Assembly (NCBI GenBank): GCA_964291295.2
Contig: OZ219754.1
Location: 64,001 to 128,000, forward strand
Direction of reading: 5' to 3'
Length of the DNA: 64,000 nt
DNA from: an uncultured Candidatus Binatia bacterium
GTDB taxonomy: Bacteria; Desulfobacterota; Binatia; UBA9968; JAJDTQ01
Both the position numbers and the translations under genes were made by a program. The notes under the pieces were generated by a model. The model had not been told where the DNA came from and searched no databases. It worked only from the letters and a program-made list of their open reading frames with translations. The first letter of the stretch is position 1, and each line of letters begins with the position of its first letter. Shown in pieces: positions 13,754 to 22,968 of the stretch.

Positions 13754-14188
13754 CTAGACGAACCCCTCCATCTTCTTGAAGAACTGGTCCACCATCATCT
13801 TGCCGACGCCGCCCAGCATGCGCTGCCCCACGCCGGCGATCAGGCCGCCGATCCTGGCGTCGGTGCTGTAGCGCAGGGTGGTGGCCGAATCGCCGTTCTC
13901 CTCGAGATCGATGACCAGGTCCCCCTGCATGAAACCCGGACCGCCCGAGCCCTGGCCGCTGAGCACATAGTGGCTGGGAGCCTGTTTCTCCTTGATGGCG
14001 ACCTTGGCCTTGTAGCTGCCCTTGACGGCGGCTATTCCCACCTTGACCGTGGCCTCGTACTGGTCCGGTCCGATCTCCTCCATCCTCTCGCAGCCGGGCA
14101 TGCACTTGGCCATGATCTGCGGATCCTGAAGGATCTCCCAGATCCGCTCGCGCGGGGCATTGAACTGATAGCTGCCTTCAATCTTCAT
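13754..14188 (-). CDS. coxG: CoxG-like SRPBCC (START) domain protein
   Basis: W..L.DP...AKCMPGC, GG.IAGVGQR, QFF motifs; AAGGAGG RBS. Confidence 0.82.
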   Translation of the reverse strand: MKIEGSYQFNAPRERIWEILQDPQIMAKCMPGCERMEEIGPDQYEATVKVGIAAVKGSYKAKVAIKEKQAPSHYVLSGQGSGGPGFMQGDLVIDLEENGDSATTLRYSTDARIGGLIAGVGQRMLGGVGKMMVDQFFKKMEGFV

Positions 14189-14345
14189 GCACTCCTCCTT
14201 TGGAATCCCGAACCGGGAAGGCCGGCGCCATCCGGCCTGCACCATCCGGCCTGCAACACCCGGCTGGCTGCAGAAAGGGGGCAAAGTCCCGGCGGACCTG
14301 CCCCCTTCAGTCCCCGCGTCGCAATGAACGTGTCGGAGAGACGCG

Positions 14346-15323
14346 CTACTTGAGGCTCTTCTCGAAGACCGCGGCGTTGTCCTGGATCAACTTGAACATG
14401 GTCTCCATCACCGGCAGCCAGTCGTCGCCGTAGACCCCTGCGGTCCTGGCCCTCATGCCCTTGAATGCGGCCTGGGTCTCGGCATCCTCGACGGACGCGC
14501 GGAACGCCTTGATGAGTACCGCCATGCGATCCTTGGGCATCTTCGGCGGCGCCGCCACGACGCGGTTTGCCGCCAGGACGCTCAACTGCGGAAACCCGAG
14601 TTCGCCCACGGTGGGGACGTCCGGATACCTGGGGTCGCGCTTGTCGAGGTAGACCCAGGTCGGGACCATGGAGCCGTCCTTGATGAACGCCATCTGACCC
14701 GGGGAATCCAGCCCCAGGGCGCGGGCGTGCCCCTCGCCGCGCACGATGGCCATGTTCGATGCCGGCGCACCGGCATAACCCATGATGAACTTGGGCTTGA
14801 AATTCATGGTGGCGGCGGTAAGCGCGGAATTGACCCAGCCGGTGGTGCCGTAACCCGACTCGGTTATGAGCACTTCCTTCGCCTTCTGAAAGTCCTCGAG
14901 CGTACGCAGCCCGTACTGCTTTCCCGCGGCATATATATAGGGCGCCGCGGAGATGCGGCCGATCCAGCTGAACTCCCGGAGGCGGTATTGCGTTTCCTTG
15001 AACAGTTGGCTGACGATGGCGCCGGGCAGATTGACGATGCCGATGGTGTAGCCGTCCGGCTTGGCTGCCGACAGCAGATTCCATGAGATAATGCCGCCCG
15101 CACCAGGGACGTTCCTGATGATGATGTTGACGCCGAGCTTCTTCCTCATGACCCGGGCCACGGCCCGGCTGTGCAGATCGAACCCGCCCCCGGGAGCGGC
15201 ATTGATGAGCCAGGTAATGGTCTTGACCGGATACTTGTCCTCCTCGGCGGCCAAGGCAATGTGGAACGCCGTCAGAACCAGAAACAGCCCGGCGAGCAAG
15301 GCGGACGAGAGGCGGCGCATCAT
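14346..15323 (-). CDS. Tripartite tricarboxylate transporter substrate-binding protein (TctC/Bug)
   Basis: Signal peptide; YP.K.I, PGGGFD...R, NVPGAGG, KPDGYT, PDVPTVGELG. Confidence 0.9.
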   Translation of the reverse strand: MMRRLSSALLAGLFLVLTAFHIALAAEEDKYPVKTITWLINAAPGGGFDLHSRAVARVMRKKLGVNIIIRNVPGAGGIISWNLLSAAKPDGYTIGIVNLPGAIVSQLFKETQYRLREFSWIGRISAAPYIYAAGKQYGLRTLEDFQKAKEVLITESGYGTTGWVNSALTAATMNFKPKFIMGYAGAPASNMAIVRGEGHARALGLDSPGQMAFIKDGSMVPTWVYLDKRDPRYPDVPTVGELGFPQLSVLAANRVVAAPPKMPKDRMAVLIKAFRASVEDAETQAAFKGMRARTAGVYGDDWLPVMETMFKLIQDNAAVFEKSLK

Positions 15324-15395
15324 GGAGACCTCCTGAGAATGGCTGGAGACAATGAATGCCTGGAAATGGAATGCCTGGTGAATGTCGGGAAAAAG

Positions 15396-15440
15396 TCTAC
15401 CTGAAAGCCGCCTGCCTGAAAGATCTCTGCCTGAAAGATG
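15396..15440. repeat. 3 x 15-bp tandem repeat (core cctgaaag) in the TctC 5' leader
   Basis: tctacctgaaagccg / cctgcctgaaagatc / tctgcctgaaagatg. Confidence 0.7.
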
Positions 15441-15508
15441 CCCGGGAATGGACCTGCCCTTGGAGAACCTGCCCTGAACCCGTGCGCTCCCGCACGCTGG
15501 AAGGCGCC

Positions 15509-15538
15509 AAGCTACCACACGGCTTCGCGCCGTGTCAA
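15509..15538 (-). promoter_or_regulatory. Sigma70-type promoter for TctC with an operator-like inverted repeat
   Basis: TTGACA-N18-TAGCTT with extended TG; ACACGGC-N5-GCCGTGT (15517-15535) overlaps the -35. Confidence 0.6.
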
Positions 15539-15748
15539 CGCCGAACAGCTTCATCCGCCGGAATCCATGACCGGCGGCGTTGCCAACCCCCGTCCCCTGT
15601 GTCACGCTTGCGCCCGAGTAACCTGCGGCACAGGCGGATACGTGTCGATTCGCCCTGAAACCGGCAGCCACCGGCCATTGCCCCGCGGTCCGGCACACAC
15701 GTCCGGACCCTTGGAGACCCTTGGAGACCGGATCTCTGGAGACCCCTT

Positions 15749-16783
15749 TTGCCGCCGTCTGCTGACAGTGCCCGGGACCGCTCCGCCGGCCCCGCGGCGG
15801 AAGACGCGGCGCGCCCGGTCACGACCGGCCGATGGCTGGCCTGCCGTGTGGGCGAGGGGCTGTGCCGCCTGCTGTTGCGGACACTGCGGGTGTTGCCGCC
15901 GGATCGGTTCAGGCGGCTCTTCGCGCCGCTCCTCGGCTGGCTGGTCGCCCGCGCCGTCCCGCACCGGCGCATCGTCGCCGCAATGGACGCGGCCTTCGGC
16001 GATTCCTACACCGCCGCCGCCAAGCGCGGGCTCGCCAGAGGCGTCCAGCAGCGCATGGCGGAGAACATCCTCGACTGCCTGGTGCAGGCGGGCTGTCCCG
16101 AACGCCTCCGGGAAGTTCTCGAGGTGCGCGGCCGCGAGCACCTCGACGCGGCCCTGGCCAAGGGGCACGGCGTCATCGCACTGGGCTTCCATCTCGGCAA
16201 CTTCGTGCTCCTGAGCGCCGCCATGGCGGTGGCCGGGTGTCCGGTCCACTCCCTGATCCGTTTTCTCGACGATGAGCGGCTCATGAACCTGGTGCTCCAC
16301 CACAGTCCGTCGTTCCATACCCGACTCATCCCTGCCCTGCCACGGCAGCAGGCCGTCAAGCGCATCCTGACCGCCCTTCGCGACAACGGCGCCGTCCTGA
16401 TGCTGGCAGACAACCTCAAGCGCGGTGAACTGGAGACCACCCTGTTCGGGCAGCCGGTTCGTACCGCCCGGGGTGTCGCGAGCCTGGCCCTCCGTACGCG
16501 CGCGGCGGTGTTGCCGGTCTATCTGGTGCGCGACTACTCCGGCGGGTTGCAACTGGTCATCGAACCGGAAATGGACATTACCCATACCGGCGAACCGGGA
16601 GCCGGCCTGATCGCGCACACGGACCGCATCATGAGACTGCTGGAACGGCTTGTGCGCCGCTATCCGGATCAGTGGTACTGGCTGACGGCGGGGCTGGGGC
16701 GGCCTCAACGGCGCCGGCGGGCAGGCCGCCGGCGCCACCGGACCTTGCTTGACACCCCGCAGCGCAGTGATAGATTCCACTAG
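15749..16783 (+). CDS. Lipid A biosynthesis (LpxL/HtrB-like) lysophospholipid acyltransferase
   Basis: G.EHL..AL.KG.GVI, HLGNF, FGQP, and E..VR.YPDQWYW C-terminal signature. Start codon uncertain. Confidence 0.8.
   Translation: MPPSADSARDRSAGPAAEDAARPVTTGRWLACRVGEGLCRLLLRTLRVLPPDRFRRLFAPLLGWLVARAVPHRRIVAAMDAAFGDSYTAAAKRGLARGVQQRMAENILDCLVQAGCPERLREVLEVRGREHLDAALAKGHGVIALGFHLGNFVLLSAAMAVAGCPVHSLIRFLDDERLMNLVLHHSPSFHTRLIPALPRQQAVKRILTALRDNGAVLMLADNLKRGELETTLFGQPVRTARGVASLALRTRAAVLPVYLVRDYSGGLQLVIEPEMDITHTGEPGAGLIAHTDRIMRLLERLVRRYPDQWYWLTAGLGRPQRRRRAGRRRHRTLLDTPQRSDRFH
16749..16776 (+). promoter_or_regulatory. Sigma70-type promoter upstream of hflKC
   Basis: TTGACA-N16-TAGATT with TGn extended -10. 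Confidence 0.65.
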
Positions 16784-16882
16784 GAAAGGTCTGAACAAGG
16801 CGACCGCGCGACACGGAGCTGCGCGCGACCTGTTGATCGTATCAATTCAGCCCCGGCGAACCTTGAACAGTTCAGCCCTTCC
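16783..16882 (+). ncRNA. Candidate structured RNA / 5' leader of hflK
   Basis: 5' ggaaaggtctgaac pairs with 3' gttcagcccttcc; aagg/cctt and ccg/cgg continue the stem; internal hairpins. Begins at the predicted TSS. No family recognised. Confidence 0.35.
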
Positions 16883-16928
16883 CGAGAGCCGGCCCACTGG
16901 TTCGGAACGCAAACAAAGGAGTTGATTC

Positions 16929-17966
16929 ATGCAAGGCGGACCCGAGGGACCTTGGGGGCGGCGGCAACAGAGCGGGCCGGACTGGGAGGATCTGCTCTCC
17001 CGCTTGCCCGAGTTGCCCGGCTTCCTGAAGTCCGGAGTGCCTTTCGTCATCGCCGGAGCGATCATCCTGATATGGCTGGCCAGCGGTTTCTACACCATCC
17101 AGCCGGGCGAGGAAGGGGTGGTGACACGCTTCGGCAAGGTGGCGCGCATCGCCACCGCCGGTCTCAACTACCATATCCCCTGGCCCATCGAGGAACTGCG
17201 CAAGGTCAACGTCGCGGAGATCCGGCGCCTGGAAGTGGGATTCCGCAGCAATCCGTTGCGCCCGAATCTGGTGCGCCTCATTCCGGCGGAGTCGCTGATG
17301 CTCACCGGTGACGAGAACATCGTCAGCGCCCAGCTCACCGTTCAATATCGGGTCAAGAATCCCGAGCAGTTCCTGTTCAAGCTCCGCGATCCGGTGAACA
17401 CGCTGCAGGCGGCCACGGAAGTGGCGCTGCGCAGCCGGGTCGGCAACACCACCATCGAGGAGGTGCTCACGGTGGGACGGGACCGGGTGCAGAACGAGAC
17501 CCAGCAGTTCCTGCAGCAACTCATGGACACCTACCAGTCGGGGATCCAGGTCACCGAGGTCAAGCTCCAGACCGTGGAGGCCCCCAGTCAGGTCAAGGAC
17601 GCCTTCGACGAGGTGGTGCGGGCGCGTGAGGACCGCGAGAAGCTCATCAACCAGGCGCGTGGTTACCGCGAGGACCTCATCCCCAAGGCCCGGGGCGAGG
17701 CCCAGGAGATCGTCCAGGCGGCCGAGGCCTACCGGGAGGAGCGGACGTTGAAGGCCAAGGGTGACGGGTCCCGGTTCAACGCGGTCCTGACCGAATACCG
17801 CAAGGCTCCCCGGGTGACCCGCGAGCGCATGCACCTGGAAGCCATCGAGCGGGTGCTGCCCGAGGTCGACAAGATAATCGTGGACGCGCAGGGGGCGAAA
17901 AACGTCGTACCGCTGCTCCCGCTCAAGGGCATGGCGGGATTTCCGGGAGTGGGAGGCAAGCAATGA
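16929..17966 (+). CDS. hflK: FtsH protease modulator HflK
   Basis: N-terminal PWG..PD, TM helix, SPFH domain MLTGDENIV, AFDEVVRAREDRE, P.VTRERM. Confidence 0.95.
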   Translation: MQGGPEGPWGRRQQSGPDWEDLLSRLPELPGFLKSGVPFVIAGAIILIWLASGFYTIQPGEEGVVTRFGKVARIATAGLNYHIPWPIEELRKVNVAEIRRLEVGFRSNPLRPNLVRLIPAESLMLTGDENIVSAQLTVQYRVKNPEQFLFKLRDPVNTLQAATEVALRSRVGNTTIEEVLTVGRDRVQNETQQFLQQLMDTYQSGIQVTEVKLQTVEAPSQVKDAFDEVVRAREDREKLINQARGYREDLIPKARGEAQEIVQAAEAYREERTLKAKGDGSRFNAVLTEYRKAPRVTRERMHLEAIERVLPEVDKIIVDAQGAKNVVPLLPLKGMAGFPGVGGKQ

Positions 17967-18904
17967 ACCGTTCCTACATCATCGGGATCATCGTCGCCGC
18001 CATCGTGCTGGTGCTGCTGTTCCCGCCCGTCCGACCGTTCTTCGTGGTGGGCGAGTGGCAGCAGTCCATCGTCACCCAGTTCGGAAAGTTCAAGCGCGCG
18101 GTGCGGGAGCCGGGACTCCACTGGAAGACGCCGGTGGTGGAAACCGTCACCATGTATGAAAGGCGCATCCTCGCCAGCGACGCGCAGCCCAGGGACTATC
18201 TGACCCTGGACAAGAAACGCGTGGTGGTGGACCACGTGACGCGGTGGCAGATCAGCGACCCCTTCCAGTTCTTCAAGACCGCCCTCACCGAGCAGCGCGG
18301 GCGGCTGCTGCTGGACGACATCGTGTTTTCGGAACTGCGCCAGGAGCTGGCGTCGCGAAACTTCGCCGACATCATCGCGGATCAGCGGGAAGCCGCCATG
18401 GAGGCCGTGGCCAAACGGTCCGCCGACAAGGCCCTGAGCGAGTACGGCGTCACCGTCGTGGACGTGCGTGTCAAACGCGCCGACCTTCCCTCCGAGGTCC
18501 AGATGAGCGTCTTCGAGCGCATGCGCGCGGAACGCGAGCGCATCGCCAAGCGCTATCGCTCCGAGGGCGAGGAGGAGTCCAAGAAGATCCGCGCGAGAAC
18601 CAACAAGGAGAAGACCATTCTGCTGGCGGAGGCGTACCGGCAGAGCCAGAAGCTTCGCGGCGAGGGCGACGGCGCGGCCACCGCCATCTACGCCTCCTCC
18701 TACGGCCAGGATCCCGAGTTCTACAGCTTCGTCCGGAGCCTGGAGGCCTACGAAAAGTTCCTGCCGGAAAAGAGCACCGCCATCCTGTCGGAAGAGTCGC
18801 GGCTGTTCCGGCACCTGGCCAGCGCCCAGATCGGTGATCCCCCGGAGACACCGCCCGCACCGGACGCCAAAGCCGGCGTGACCGCCACCGAGGCCGAACC
18901 GTGA
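17963..18904 (+). CDS. hflC: FtsH protease modulator HflC
   Basis: ATGA overlap with hflK; PGLHWK.P, RMRAERERIA..YRSEGEE, DPEFYSFVRSLEAY. Confidence 0.95.
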   Translation: MNRSYIIGIIVAAIVLVLLFPPVRPFFVVGEWQQSIVTQFGKFKRAVREPGLHWKTPVVETVTMYERRILASDAQPRDYLTLDKKRVVVDHVTRWQISDPFQFFKTALTEQRGRLLLDDIVFSELRQELASRNFADIIADQREAAMEAVAKRSADKALSEYGVTVVDVRVKRADLPSEVQMSVFERMRAERERIAKRYRSEGEEESKKIRARTNKEKTILLAEAYRQSQKLRGEGDGAATAIYASSYGQDPEFYSFVRSLEAYEKFLPEKSTAILSEESRLFRHLASAQIGDPPETPPAPDAKAGVTATEAEP

Positions 18905-19004
18905 TCCGGCGTCCTTCGACCTTGCCACGCTGGGGACGGCGCAGGCGGTTCTCCGCTGGTCCCGAGCTGCCGCCATTGAAGGAGCCCCTGCGCGGAGGAA
19001 CGCC

Positions 19005-20111
19005 ATGAAGATCGAGAGTCTTGGCAACTTCGAACGCGTCGACCGCAACGCCGAGGTGATGGACACGCCCTACGACCGCTGGGTGGCATCCCAGGGAGTG
19101 GACGTGGTCCGGGGCTACTTCGTCCAGGACCTCAAGGAAACGCCGATGAAGTGGTGGGACCGCAAGGGCGGCCACGGCGTCTACATCAATCTGGAAGGGG
19201 CCGGGTATCTCGACGACGCCTTCGTGGTGTCGATTCCCCCGGGCAAGAGCCTCAACCCGGAGAAGCACATCTACGACGAGCTGGTCTACGTGCTATCGGG
19301 CCGGGGCGCCACCACCCTCTGGCAGAGCGATGGCAAGGGCAAGGGGCAGAGCTTCGAATGGCAGGCGGGAAGCCTCTTCGCCATCCCGGTGAACGCCACC
19401 TACCAGCACTTCAATGGCTCCGGCGACCGGGAGGCCAGGCTTCTGGGGGTCACGAACGCGCCGCTGGTCTACAACATCTTCCACAACGAAGACTTCGTCA
19501 TGAACAACCCCTATGTCTTCCGGGACCGTTTCGACGAGGACCGGGACTTCCGGGGCCACGCGCGCCTGTACAACGACCGCGTTCTGGAGACCAACTTCAT
19601 CCCCGACGTGGCCGACATCGAGCCCATCGCCTGGGAAACACGCGGCAAGGGAAACAGGACCGTCTTCTTCGAACTGGTGGCAAGCCACATGGGCGCCCAT
19701 GTCTCCGAGTTCCCGGTAGGGCGCTACAAGAAGGCCCACCGCCACGGACCCGGGGCCCACGTGATGATCCTCTCCGGCGAGGGCTATTCGCTCATGTGGC
19801 CGGAGGGCAAGGAGAAACAGCAGTTCATCTGGAAGCCCGGTTCTCTGGTGGTGCCCCCCGAGGGCTGGTTCCACCAGCATTTCAACTCCGGTGCCCGGCC
19901 GGCCCGCTACCTCGCCCTCAAGATGATCAGCCGCATGTTCAAGCTGGTGCCCGGGCCGATCCAGTCGGACGTCCCCCTGAACCAGGGCGGCTGGCAGATC
20001 GAGCACGAGGACGAGGACGAGGACGTCATCCAGTTGTTCGTGGACGCCTGCGGCCGCTCCGGCGCCAAGGTGGACATGCCCCACATCCAGGAACGGCGAG
20101 GAACCGCCTGA
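19005..20111 (+). CDS. Bicupin protein (gentisate-dioxygenase-like fold)
   Basis: Two cupin units: HIYDELVYVLSG..YQHFN and AHRHGPGAH..G.GYS..WFHQHFN; GGAGG RBS. Confidence 0.85.
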   Translation: MKIESLGNFERVDRNAEVMDTPYDRWVASQGVDVVRGYFVQDLKETPMKWWDRKGGHGVYINLEGAGYLDDAFVVSIPPGKSLNPEKHIYDELVYVLSGRGATTLWQSDGKGKGQSFEWQAGSLFAIPVNATYQHFNGSGDREARLLGVTNAPLVYNIFHNEDFVMNNPYVFRDRFDEDRDFRGHARLYNDRVLETNFIPDVADIEPIAWETRGKGNRTVFFELVASHMGAHVSEFPVGRYKKAHRHGPGAHVMILSGEGYSLMWPEGKEKQQFIWKPGSLVVPPEGWFHQHFNSGARPARYLALKMISRMFKLVPGPIQSDVPLNQGGWQIEHEDEDEDVIQLFVDACGRSGAKVDMPHIQERRGTA

Positions 20112-20152
20112 ACGACGCCCGGCCGCGTCCGGCCAAGCCGGGATGAACGGCG

Positions 20153-20231
20153 GCGGGCGGATCGATCCGCCCGCGGGGCTGGCGGTTCGGGGGCGGACGG
20201 CCTCCACCGCCCGCTCCATGCGGTGGAGGCC
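20153..20231. terminator. Two GC-rich palindromes between convergent genes
   Basis: 22-bp perfect palindrome gcgggcggatcgatccgcccgc (20153-20174) and 12-bp stem ggcctccaccgc/gcggtggaggcc (20199-20231). Confidence 0.55.
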
Positions 20232-20232
20232 G

Positions 20233-21195
20233 CTACCGCGGCCGCAGCCGCTCAATGGTCGCGATGTAGTCCTTGATACCGGCTTCGAGGTCATAGGCCG
20301 GGGTGAAATCCAGATGCTCCCTGGCCTTGGCGATATCGAATACGCAGGAGCTCTGCTTCTCGGTCATGCGGAATTCCAGCCCCGAGCCGATCTCGATCCT
20401 GCTGTCCGGATAGAGCCCGCCCAGAATCCGCGCGAAGTCGTGGAGCGTGACGCCCACGCCAGTGCCGATATTGAACGTGCGCTCGGCCGGATCCCGGACC
20501 TGCAGCGCCAGGATGATGGAGCGGGCCACGTCGCCCACGTAGAGGGCCTCGTTGGACTGGTCCCCGCCGCTGCCCGAGAAGCCCTTTCCCGCCATGACGT
20601 TCTCGATCATCTGGCCGTAGAGGGACAGCGCGCCGTGGCGTACCTCCTTGCCGGGACCGTAGATGGAGCCGAAGCGCAGCGCCACCGAGCTTACCCCGTA
20701 CTTCTTCTGGTAGTAGGTGCACAGGGTCTCGCAGCATACCTTGATGGTGCCGTAAAGGTCCGCGGGATTCTGCGGATGATCCTCGCGCACCGGCACGTAC
20801 TCCGGATAGGCATGGCGGCCCGTGATCTCGCCGTACACCGCCTTGGAACTGGTGAACACCACCCGTTGGAGTCCCCGGTGCCGCGCGGTCTCCAGGACGT
20901 TGAGGGTGCCGTCGACCCCGACCTTGATGCCGAGGGCCGGATCCGCTTCCGCCGGACCGGGCATCAGCGCCGCCAGGTGGGCCACGTGGGTGATCCCGTG
21001 GTCAACGATGATTCGGTCCAGACCCGCCGCGTCCAGGATGTCCCCGGTCACCAGATCCACATCCTTCTCGATGTCCGAGATCAGTGACGTGTCCATCCGG
21101 TTGTCCATCAGCACCGGCCGCTCGCCCGCCCGGACCAGATGCCTCGCGGTGACCGCGCCGTTCACGCCCATGCCGCCGGTAATCAGAATCTTCAT
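20233..21195 (-). CDS. NAD-dependent epimerase/dehydratase (extended SDR)
   Basis: ILITGGMGVNG, HLAA, TSS.AVYG, YGTIK (YxxxK), FNIGTG. Confidence 0.92.
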   Translation of the reverse strand: MKILITGGMGVNGAVTARHLVRAGERPVLMDNRMDTSLISDIEKDVDLVTGDILDAAGLDRIIVDHGITHVAHLAALMPGPAEADPALGIKVGVDGTLNVLETARHRGLQRVVFTSSKAVYGEITGRHAYPEYVPVREDHPQNPADLYGTIKVCCETLCTYYQKKYGVSSVALRFGSIYGPGKEVRHGALSLYGQMIENVMAGKGFSGSGGDQSNEALYVGDVARSIILALQVRDPAERTFNIGTGVGVTLHDFARILGGLYPDSRIEIGSGLEFRMTEKQSSCVFDIAKAREHLDFTPAYDLEAGIKDYIATIERLRPR

Positions 21196-21309
21196 GCCGT
21201 ACCTCCGTATTCAGGTCATTCTTTCCATGCGTGTCCGCCCGGGCCTGTCCATCAAGGCGCCGGCCGCCACTGACCGGCCACCTCCCGAAGCGTCCTGCCC
21301 CGCACGCCC

Positions 21310-22500
21310 CTATCCCGCCGCGCTCCTCCGGTACTTCATCACGAAAAGCACGAAACCGCCGGTGCCCACCACCGTGGTGGCAAGGAACATGGCGGGATAG
21401 TTGTTGCCGGTATAGTGGAGCATGACGCCGGCCAGTACGCCACCCATGCCGATGGCGAGGTCGTAGAACAGGTGGTACTGGGCCATGCTGAGGCCCCACC
21501 GGTCGCGCGGCGCCAGGTCGATGGCCATGGTCATGAGCGCCGCATGGGCGGAGCCGTAACCGAAGCCGATGATGGCCGCGGAAACCAGCAGCATGGCGGG
21601 CGAGCGCGCCGCCACCAGCACCAGCATGCCCGCCAGGGCCAGGATATAACAGGGGATGATCACGAAGGGACGGCCCTTGCGGTCGGAGAGCGGACCGCAG
21701 ATGGGCCGGCCGGCCACCACCGCGATGGCGAATACACCGAACCAGATGCCCGGGTCCCCGCCCAACTCCAGGGCGTACAGCGAGAGAAAGGCGATGATGC
21801 TGCCGCGGGAGATTGCCAGAAGACCCATGCTCACCGCGGGCATGAGGGATTCAGGCAGGATGAAGGTCTCGAACCAGCGCCGGCTCCGGGCAACGGCCCT
21901 GGCCCGCACCGGCTCGGCAATCAGCACCGCCGCCAGCAGGGCCGCCGCCGACGCGGCCGCCGCGCTGAGAAACAACGCCGGGAAGCCCCGGACGCCCACT
22001 ATCCAGAACGCGAAGTACGGGCCGGCGGTGCCGGCCACGGTGCTCACCGCCCCGGAGTAGCTGATGAGGGTGCCGCGAAGGCGGTCCGGTGAGATATCCG
22101 CCACCAGCTTGCCCACCGACGTGGTGCATCCCGACCATCCGAAGCCGTGAAAGGTCCGCAGGAGCAGCGCCACCAGCACCGAGGCGGTCCAGATATAGCC
22201 GGTGGCGGCGGTGATGAAGATGACCAGCCCTCCCACCAGAAAGACCTTGCTGCCGAGCCGGTCGATGTAAGCCCCCACCAGCGGCCTCACCCAGGTAGCG
22301 CCGAGCGGGAAGGCGGCCATGACCAGGCCGATCATGAACGGGCTCGTCCCCATGTTCCTGAGGTAGAGGGGGAACACCGGCTCGATCTGGAACATTGCGA
22401 AGAAGAGCCCGAAGCGGGCGCCGGAGGTAAGAAGGAAGTCCCGGAACCAGCCTTTCGGCCGTTGTTCCACGAGGTGATTACGCCTGTCCCGATCCGTCAT
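21310..22500 (-). CDS. MFS transporter
   Basis: About 12 hydrophobic segments; G.YIDRLGSK and GPLSDRKGR motif A repeats. Confidence 0.9.
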   Translation of the reverse strand: MTDRDRRNHLVEQRPKGWFRDFLLTSGARFGLFFAMFQIEPVFPLYLRNMGTSPFMIGLVMAAFPLGATWVRPLVGAYIDRLGSKVFLVGGLVIFITAATGYIWTASVLVALLLRTFHGFGWSGCTTSVGKLVADISPDRLRGTLISYSGAVSTVAGTAGPYFAFWIVGVRGFPALFLSAAAASAAALLAAVLIAEPVRARAVARSRRWFETFILPESLMPAVSMGLLAISRGSIIAFLSLYALELGGDPGIWFGVFAIAVVAGRPICGPLSDRKGRPFVIIPCYILALAGMLVLVAARSPAMLLVSAAIIGFGYGSAHAALMTMAIDLAPRDRWGLSMAQYHLFYDLAIGMGGVLAGVMLHYTGNNYPAMFLATTVVGTGGFVLFVMKYRRSAAG

Positions 22501-22968
22501 CCCGATTCCGGGGTGAGATGCGGCGGCCGCGGGTTCCGACCCCGGCGGCTTCGGGCGGTGGGACGCTCGCCGCCGCGCCGTGGACTTGCCGGGCGGTGTC
22601 CGCGCCGGCGCACGCCGTCCGGCACCCTGGACGGCGCCATTTCCAAGGGGTTCTCTTGTCCGGTGCCCTCCAGGATGTGAAGGTGAACTCTCGGCTCTCG
22701 CTGCTCACGCTCGAAGCGCCGGTCCGGTGCATGTTGGGAGCAAGCTCCCTGGCGACCCGCGCAGTGGCCCGACCGGTCACCTTCCTTCGCACTGCATCCA
22801 TGACCCTCCTTCCGGACGACGACGTCCAGGATACGTCGTAGCACGACCCCGGAAGGCGGGCCACCGGCATCTGGACCGCACCGCCGTTTCGTAATGGAGT
22901 CGTGTGTCCGGGATGTGGCTCCGGAAAGGCTCCGGAAAAGGGTTCCCGCAACAGTGGAGGTCACGGTC

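Noticed and set aside
16783-16882. 6S RNA or SRP RNA assignment
   Set aside because: Too short for a typical 6S RNA and lacks the SRP GGAA-tetraloop helix motif; kept only as an unassigned structured RNA.
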